Source: Candidatus Hadarchaeota archaeon (lineage in GTDB: Archaea; Hadarchaeota; Hadarchaeia; Hadarchaeales; JAGGTB01). From it: a DNA stretch of 64,000 nucleotides. The notes below the pieces were generated by a model. That model was not told where the DNA came from, made no database searches, and saw only the letters and a list, made by a program, of their open reading frames with translations. The translations under genes and the position numbers were made by a program. The stretch covers positions 320,001 to 384,000 of the forward strand of contig CAYLJV010000001.1 in NCBI GenBank assembly GCA_964384105.1, written 5' to 3'. Below are positions 58,303 through 64,000 of this stretch, piece by piece. The first letter of the stretch is position 1. The number at the start of each line of letters is the position of its first letter.

Positions 58303-60237
58303 TTGGATGAAGAAGAGACGTTTGGATATTCTGGAAAAATACTTAGAGTAAACCTTACCAATGGAAAGATCCGTGAAGAACCAGTTATTAAATATGCGAA
58401 GAGATTGATTGGTGGGCGTGGTATAAATAGCTATTTACTTTTCACTGAAACACCCCCAAGAATAAATGCGTTTGATCCAGAAAATAGGTTAATATTTGGG
58501 ACAGGTCCTCTAGTGGGTACCATGGTTCCAATGTCGTGTCGGTTTACAGTAACTGCTAAGTCGCCCCTGACAGGTGGACTTGGAGATGCTAATGCAGGTG
58601 GGCATTTTAGTCCAGAATTGAAATACGCAGGTTTTGATCACGTAGTAATTACTGGTAGAGCACCTAATCCTGTTTTCTTGCTCTTAGATAATGGAAACGC
58701 GGAGATTAGAGATGCTAACGAAATTTGGAATGCAACCACATTTGATACAGATACCCTGATAAGAGAGGAAGTGGGGGATTCGGATATTCAAGTAGCTAGT
58801 ATAGGCCCTGCAGGTGAAAATCTAGTCAGATTTGCTAATATTATTTGTAATAGGAAAAGAGCTTGTGGGAGAACGGGAATGGGTGCAGTAATGGGGTCTA
58901 AGAATTTGAAAGCAGTAGCCGTGAGAGGTGATGGACTTTTAGAAGTAGCTGAACCGGAGAAATTCATGCAATTAGTTGATGAGAAACTACAAATCTTATT
59001 GAATAATGAATCTCTGAAAGCCTTATCAAAACTCGGTGGAATGGGTTTAGTGAAAATCGTTCCGGGTTATGAGAATGATATTCTTAGAAATTTTCAGGGT
59101 GGGGATTTTAATCTCGATGATGTGAGTGGGGAGAAGTTGTTTAAGGATCATCATGTTCACTATCTTTCATGTTTTAATTGCCCGATACATTGCTATCACT
59201 TCTTACGGATAGAGGATGGTGAATGGGCAGGGATTGAGGGCCCCGGAATGGAGTATAATGCGGTTATCGACTTCGGATACAAACTTGATATCCACGATCT
59301 TAGACCGATAATAAAGGCTCAAATATTTTGCAATCAACAAGGATTGGACATTGATGATTCGTCTGGCCTAATATCCTGGGCCATAGAGTGCTTTAAAAAA
59401 GGAATAATAAATCTAGATGATACTGATGGTTTGACATTGGATTGGGGGGATCCATCTTTGGTAATGAGCCTTCTGGAAAAAATAACTGTGAGGAAGGGAT
59501 TCGGTAATATTTTGGCGGAGGGTATCAAGAGAGCCTCGAATAGGGTTGGTAAGGAATCAGAGAAGTATGCGATTCATATTAAGGGTTTAACTGTGATGGA
59601 TGCTTTGAGAACTTTTAAGGGGTGGATGTTTGGTGAGGTTGTATCACCCAGGGGTGCGGAGCATTTGAGAGGGACGATTGGGGGAGTTGAAGAGGTGGCA
59701 ATGAGTAGGGATGCTGGGGAAGAGTTTTTTGGTGTATCTACTGCGGGGGATCCTTCAGCGTATGAAGGTAAGGTAGAATTAGTAATATACTTTGAGCGTT
59801 TATCAGCTATAGTTAATGCTTTGAATATGTGTTATTTTACTAGCAAGTGGTCTTCTCCGTCTCTTTTGGATATTAAGGATTATGCAGAGCTATTCTCTGC
59901 GGCCACGGGTTGGGATTTTAGCGAGAATGATCTGGTAAAGGTTGCCGATCGAATAATAAACGTTGAAAAGGCTTTTAATGTTCGGGAAGGTTTGACTCGT
60001 AAGGATGATACATTGCCGGCTAGATTTTTTGAGGAACCAGTTCCTTCCGGTCCAATGAAGGGAGCTTACATAGAAGAGGGTATACTCAATGCTATGCTAG
60101 ATAAGTACTATAAAATTCGGGGCTGGAGCGAGAGAGATGGATTACAAACAGAGGAAACCCTTAAGGAACTTGAACTTGGGGAGATTTCAGACAAACTCAA
60201 ACTCGGCGTAAATATGATTAGTACTGACAATAAATGA
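58303..60237 (+). CDS. Tungsten AOR-family oxidoreductase catalytic subunit
   Basis: GGRG, KSPLTG, LKYAG.D, GRTGMGAVMGSKNLK, CFNCPIHC and SPRGAEHLRG. Confidence 0.92.
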   Translation: MDEEETFGYSGKILRVNLTNGKIREEPVIKYAKRLIGGRGINSYLLFTETPPRINAFDPENRLIFGTGPLVGTMVPMSCRFTVTAKSPLTGGLGDANAGGHFSPELKYAGFDHVVITGRAPNPVFLLLDNGNAEIRDANEIWNATTFDTDTLIREEVGDSDIQVASIGPAGENLVRFANIICNRKRACGRTGMGAVMGSKNLKAVAVRGDGLLEVAEPEKFMQLVDEKLQILLNNESLKALSKLGGMGLVKIVPGYENDILRNFQGGDFNLDDVSGEKLFKDHHVHYLSCFNCPIHCYHFLRIEDGEWAGIEGPGMEYNAVIDFGYKLDIHDLRPIIKAQIFCNQQGLDIDDSSGLISWAIECFKKGIINLDDTDGLTLDWGDPSLVMSLLEKITVRKGFGNILAEGIKRASNRVGKESEKYAIHIKGLTVMDALRTFKGWMFGEVVSPRGAEHLRGTIGGVEEVAMSRDAGEEFFGVSTAGDPSAYEGKVELVIYFERLSAIVNALNMCYFTSKWSSPSLLDIKDYAELFSAATGWDFSENDLVKVADRIINVEKAFNVREGLTRKDDTLPARFFEEPVPSGPMKGAYIEEGILNAMLDKYYKIRGWSERDGLQTEETLKELELGEISDKLKLGVNMISTDNK

Positions 60238-60394
60238 TTTGTAGTTACTGTAGCCAAAAGCTTCGTTTATTTCTTTACTTGTTTTGTACCTGAAAGTATA
60301 TTTGATTTCTTCTTGATAGATGGAGGGCTAATTTTATAGATACTCGAATTAGACAAAAGTAACGGTTACCTTCGAAGGTACGGTGAAGATATTA

Positions 60395-62419
60395 TTGACC
60401 ACGGATATTATAAAAAAAGTTGAGGAAGGTTTAGCTGCGCCATCAACGATTGCAGTTAGGCGCTTAATTGATTTACTATCAAATCGTAGAAGAAAAAACA
60501 AGGAAGAATTGGTTTTACTTAAAGAAACATTTTCTAAAATTAAGTCGGACATATCGCAACCAAGAGAAGACCTAATAAAACTGGCTGAAAAAAACCTTAG
60601 AAAAAATTGTTGTGAAGTTTATTATGCTAAGAATAAAATGGATATAGTTTCCATAATTAAAAATATTGTTTCTGAAGAAGCAACCATTGTGAAATCTAAA
60701 TCCAATACGATGAAGGAACTCGATATAAGAAGTAAGTTGGAGTCAGAAGGGTTTAGGATAGTTGAAACGGATTTTGGGGATAGAATAATACAGCTTTCTG
60801 GGGGAAGATCTGGACACCCTATTGTTCCAGCTACACATTTATCCGTCGAAGAAGTTGCCAAACTTTTTTCTGAAGAGACTGGTTTTGATATTGAAGCAAA
60901 TCCAAAAGAAATTGTTCAGAAGGGAAAGAAATCAATCAAAAAAGAGATAATTGAATCAGAAGCAGGATTGACTGGTGCAAATGCAATATCCGCTGATGAT
61001 GGAGCTATATGTATTATTGAAAATGAAGGGAATATTAGCCTCATTACGAGAATACCAAAAAAACATATAGTAATAGCTGGAATCGACAAAATTGTAAAAT
61101 CAATGGATGACGCACTGTTCCAGACTTTGGTTATTGAAAAATTCTCTCAGATTGATGGAACCTATATTTCCCTTATTAAGGGTCCGAGTAGAACAGCGGA
61201 CATTGGCTTAGAGGAAGTCTTAGGTGTCTACGGGGCAGAGGAGGTACATGTTATTTTAATTGATCAGTGGAGAAGTGCTGCTGCTGAGAAAGGATTCGAT
61301 GACATGTTGAAGTGTGTTAATTGTGGGGCTTGTTTGATATCTTGTCCTGTGATGTATTCTATAGGACTTGGATATGGAGAGGACTATCCGGGGGGTATGG
61401 GCATTCTTAAGTCCAGTTTTATAGATGGAATCGAAAAGACTATAAATAAAGGTCTTTGGCTTTGCCTTTCCTGTAGAAGATGTCAGGAGTTCTGTCCTTC
61501 TGATATTAATATACCCCAAATGCTCGAAGGATTAAGAGAAGAATCTTTTTACATGGGATGTAGGGTTCCTCAGAAGATTGCGGATTTTTTAAGAAATATC
61601 AGAGATGTTGGTAATCCGTATCGTTACTCGAAAAAAAGTAGAGGTGATTGGACAGAGGATAGTTATCAGATAAGCACTAAGGATGACTACCTGTATTATG
61701 TTGGATGCATTGGTTCTTATGATCCGAGAGGTCAGAAGATGGCTAGGTCTACTTTAAATTTGTTAAAAGAAGCTAATCTACAATTCGGAATTTTAGGCCC
61801 TCGTGAAGTCTGTGATGGTAATGATGTTAATAGAATCGGTGAAAGAGGACTTTTTGAAAGATTAGTAAAAGAAAATGTGGAGCAGTTAAATGGACTGAAT
61901 GTAGAGAAAATCATTACTTTGTCACCTCACGCTTATAATATTATGAAAAATGAGTATTCCAGTATTTGTAAAGAATTTGACTATGAAGTTGTTCACTATA
62001 CTCAGATTTTAAGAGGTCTAATAAAAGCAGATAAGATCGATTTTTCGGGCTTAGAGGCTAAAATTACATTCCATGACCCTTGTTTTCTTGGCAGAATAAA
62101 TAACGAATACGAGGCTCCGAGAGATATACTCGAATCTATTCGAGGTATAGAATTAGTTGAGATGAAAGATAATAAAGAGGACTCATTTTGTTGTGGGGGT
62201 GGATATAATTTCTTCACTGACTTTTTAGGAAATAATGAATTTTGTCCCTCTAGAGTCAGGGTTAGGATGGCGCATGAGACGGGTGCAGACATTTTAGCAG
62301 TTGCCTGTCCAATATGCTTGTTAATGTTTGATGACGCTATAAAAGCTGAAAATCTTGGTGAGGAAATGGTTGTTAGAGATATTTCAGAAATAGTTAATGA
62401 AGCGAAAACTAATAACTGA
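60395..62419 (+). CDS. LUD (LutB-like) + 2x[4Fe-4S] + CCG (HdrD-like) oxidoreductase
   Basis: KSKS, ETD.G, ENEGN, GPSRTADI, CVNCGAC..CP, HDPC.LGR, CCGGG and ACP.C. TTG start after GGTGA. Confidence 0.85.
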   Translation: MTTDIIKKVEEGLAAPSTIAVRRLIDLLSNRRRKNKEELVLLKETFSKIKSDISQPREDLIKLAEKNLRKNCCEVYYAKNKMDIVSIIKNIVSEEATIVKSKSNTMKELDIRSKLESEGFRIVETDFGDRIIQLSGGRSGHPIVPATHLSVEEVAKLFSEETGFDIEANPKEIVQKGKKSIKKEIIESEAGLTGANAISADDGAICIIENEGNISLITRIPKKHIVIAGIDKIVKSMDDALFQTLVIEKFSQIDGTYISLIKGPSRTADIGLEEVLGVYGAEEVHVILIDQWRSAAAEKGFDDMLKCVNCGACLISCPVMYSIGLGYGEDYPGGMGILKSSFIDGIEKTINKGLWLCLSCRRCQEFCPSDINIPQMLEGLREESFYMGCRVPQKIADFLRNIRDVGNPYRYSKKSRGDWTEDSYQISTKDDYLYYVGCIGSYDPRGQKMARSTLNLLKEANLQFGILGPREVCDGNDVNRIGERGLFERLVKENVEQLNGLNVEKIITLSPHAYNIMKNEYSSICKEFDYEVVHYTQILRGLIKADKIDFSGLEAKITFHDPCFLGRINNEYEAPRDILESIRGIELVEMKDNKEDSFCCGGGYNFFTDFLGNNEFCPSRVRVRMAHETGADILAVACPICLLMFDDAIKAENLGEEMVVRDISEIVNEAKTNN

Positions 62420-62924
62420 ACAATTACTTCTGTAGGTACATCAGAAAAATTTTTAGGAGGCCAAAACCTTTTTTGTGTTATAAGATTCTTTGCATAGGGT
62501 ATCTTAGGTTGGTAGTAAATACGAGGATAGATGTATATCTTTGATGGTACTCTTTTTGTTTCTTAACCATGGCCTAATCTTCTACCTTATGGATGAGAAG
62601 GAAGAACCCGCGAAGTTCGAATTCTATGAATTGGGAGATTACTTACGAATTCAATTAGAAGAGTTGAAGGAAAATAACTGTGCGTATTTACCGGGTGGAA
62701 AAAGTTACGAGAAATCAAATTGAGTAAGTAAAAAAAGAGATAGCGAGGGTTAGAAACTGTTTAACTTCTTCCGTAGAGAATAAATCAGAGTGTAACTATT
62801 AGGGGCTTATTGTGATATGACCATAAGCTAGTTAAAATGTATAACGGTATCATCAGTGGTAGATGTTAATTGCTTCTTTACTAAAGCACTTACCCAAAAA
62901 TAGGTTTATAAAAGATGTATTATC

Positions 62925-63812
62925 CTACTTTTCAGTTCTTTCAAAAGGTTCCCCTAGAGCAGAGGGTATTACTTTACCAGCTCCGAAAAATGCCGAAATG
63001 ACTAATACTAATATAACTACAATATGGGGCAGTACACTCATAAACTCTTCAGGTAAAAAGGATATTCCAACCGCTTGTAATCTAAGCTGTAATCCCCCCA
63101 CAATAGAAAACAGGAAAGCACCGGGTAATAGATAATTAACATTCCATTTAGCGAACATAACTAAAACAAAACTTATCCAACCATATCCGGCTACCATAGT
63201 TCTGTATCCTTGCATAAAATTAATGAATAGATACGCTCCAGCTAACCCCATTAGGCCACAGCCTACTACGACACAAGCTAGTCTCACCCTATCTACTTGT
63301 ATACCAACGGAATCGGCAGCCATCGGATCTTCCCCCACTGCGTTTATCCTTAGTCCCCATCCCGTCTTTTTTATTACGATAGCTAAGGCTAGCCAGATGG
63401 CTATAGATATATAAAAGATAGGGTCTAAAGAGAACAAAATTTTTCCAAAATTTTCGGTCGGTGGCGAACCGGAAAGATACAAGGTATAAATAAAAGCTGC
63501 TATACCTATACCTAAAAACCATAAACCAAATCCAACAACTACTTGATTAAGTTTTTCATATATTGATAGATATGAATTCATTATTCCAAATAAACACCCT
63601 CCGAAAAAACCCACAATCATAGAAGACCATATATTAGGCGTAACAAACCCGTAAAATACGATTGCCGTTATAGCACCAAAAGCCATGACCCCCTCTATTC
63701 CAATGTTATAAACTCCGCTTTTTTGACTCAACATTTCTCCAGTGGAAGCTATTAAATAGATAGGCATTATTGAAAGGGCGCCTAGAATAAGTTTTACCAA
63801 TGCATCTATCAT
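62925..63812 (-). CDS. ABC permease (NupC/YufQ type), second system
   Basis: Paralog of 50923-51801. ATG 63812 overlaps the upstream TGA. Confidence 0.9.
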   Translation of the reverse strand: MIDALVKLILGALSIMPIYLIASTGEMLSQKSGVYNIGIEGVMAFGAITAIVFYGFVTPNIWSSMIVGFFGGCLFGIMNSYLSIYEKLNQVVVGFGLWFLGIGIAAFIYTLYLSGSPPTENFGKILFSLDPIFYISIAIWLALAIVIKKTGWGLRINAVGEDPMAADSVGIQVDRVRLACVVVGCGLMGLAGAYLFINFMQGYRTMVAGYGWISFVLVMFAKWNVNYLLPGAFLFSIVGGLQLRLQAVGISFLPEEFMSVLPHIVVILVLVISAFFGAGKVIPSALGEPFERTEK

Positions 63813-64000
63813 AAATCCCACCTTTTTTCAAGTATGTTTAAAATTAAAGTTGAAACAAATACAATTCCGATTGATAAATTTGCAAATGCAGAAGACAAAC
63901 CTAGAGATTTAAGAGCAGCTGCTCCCATAAGTATGCCCCCTACAAAAAAAGAAGTGAAGAGGGTAAGTTCGGGACGCAACCTTGCAATTAGTAAGCAAAC
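63809..64000 (-). CDS. ABC permease (NupB/YufP type), 3' end, truncated by window edge
   Basis: Manual translation VCLLIARLRPELTLFTSFFVGGILMG..GIVFV..WDL* parallels the C-terminus of 49891-50922. Confidence 0.8.
   Translation of the reverse strand, partial: VCLLIARLRPELTLFTSFFVGGILMGAAALKSLGLSSAFANLSIGIVFVSTLILNILEKRWDL

Noticed and set aside
62541-62723. Short intergenic ORF (possible ATG 62589)
   Set aside because: No recognisable motif or clear SD. It may be a gene remnant, but I cannot support it.
1286-63522. Numerous 60-175 aa antisense or alternate-frame ORFs (e.g. 13567-14094, 27356-27835, 48943-49425)
   Set aside because: Shadows of well-supported genes, Ser/Phe/Leu-rich, with no SD or motifs.

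Overview
Archaeal chromosomal window with no rRNA, CRISPR array, integrase or transposase. GGAGG/GGTGA Shine-Dalgarno sites, BHB-spliced tRNAs, FtsZ, POR/KOR and tungsten AORs point to an anaerobic euryarchaeote-like lineage. Candidate division MSBL1/Hadarchaea-like is my guess from gene content only. Left part (1-16.7 kb): housekeeping and metabolic genes, including the otsA 3' end, a DinG/XPD-like helicase, an acVLRF1 release-factor homolog, an M32 peptidase, a divergent FtsZ, and a four-gene run of Re-citrate-synthase-like + LeuCD-type dehydratase + NADP-IDH. Next come tRNA-Asn(GTT) with a 64-nt intron carrying a box C/D-type K-turn, and an AddB-AddA-DpnI-like nuclease/helicase trio. Middle: FTR1 iron permease with a DtxR-type operator, porGDAB, two half-ferritin ORFs, korAB, tRNA-Ile2(CAT) with a non-canonical 30/31 intron, a secreted beta-propeller, DinB, a MoxR-DUF58-transglutaminase operon and a pseudo-receiver/kinase-like fusion. 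Right part (42-64 kb): a catabolic island with BMP-type nucleoside ABC transporter parts, two mosaic-duplicated deaminases, a YlmB-like deformylase, two ADHs, two W-AORs and a LUD/CCG oxidoreductase. Top leads: the structured tRNA-Asn intron, the AddAB+DpnI module, the alternative oxidative-TCA operon, probable AUU/AUA start codons and the heterocycle-catabolism island. Family calls come from motif recognition by eye, with no database searches run.
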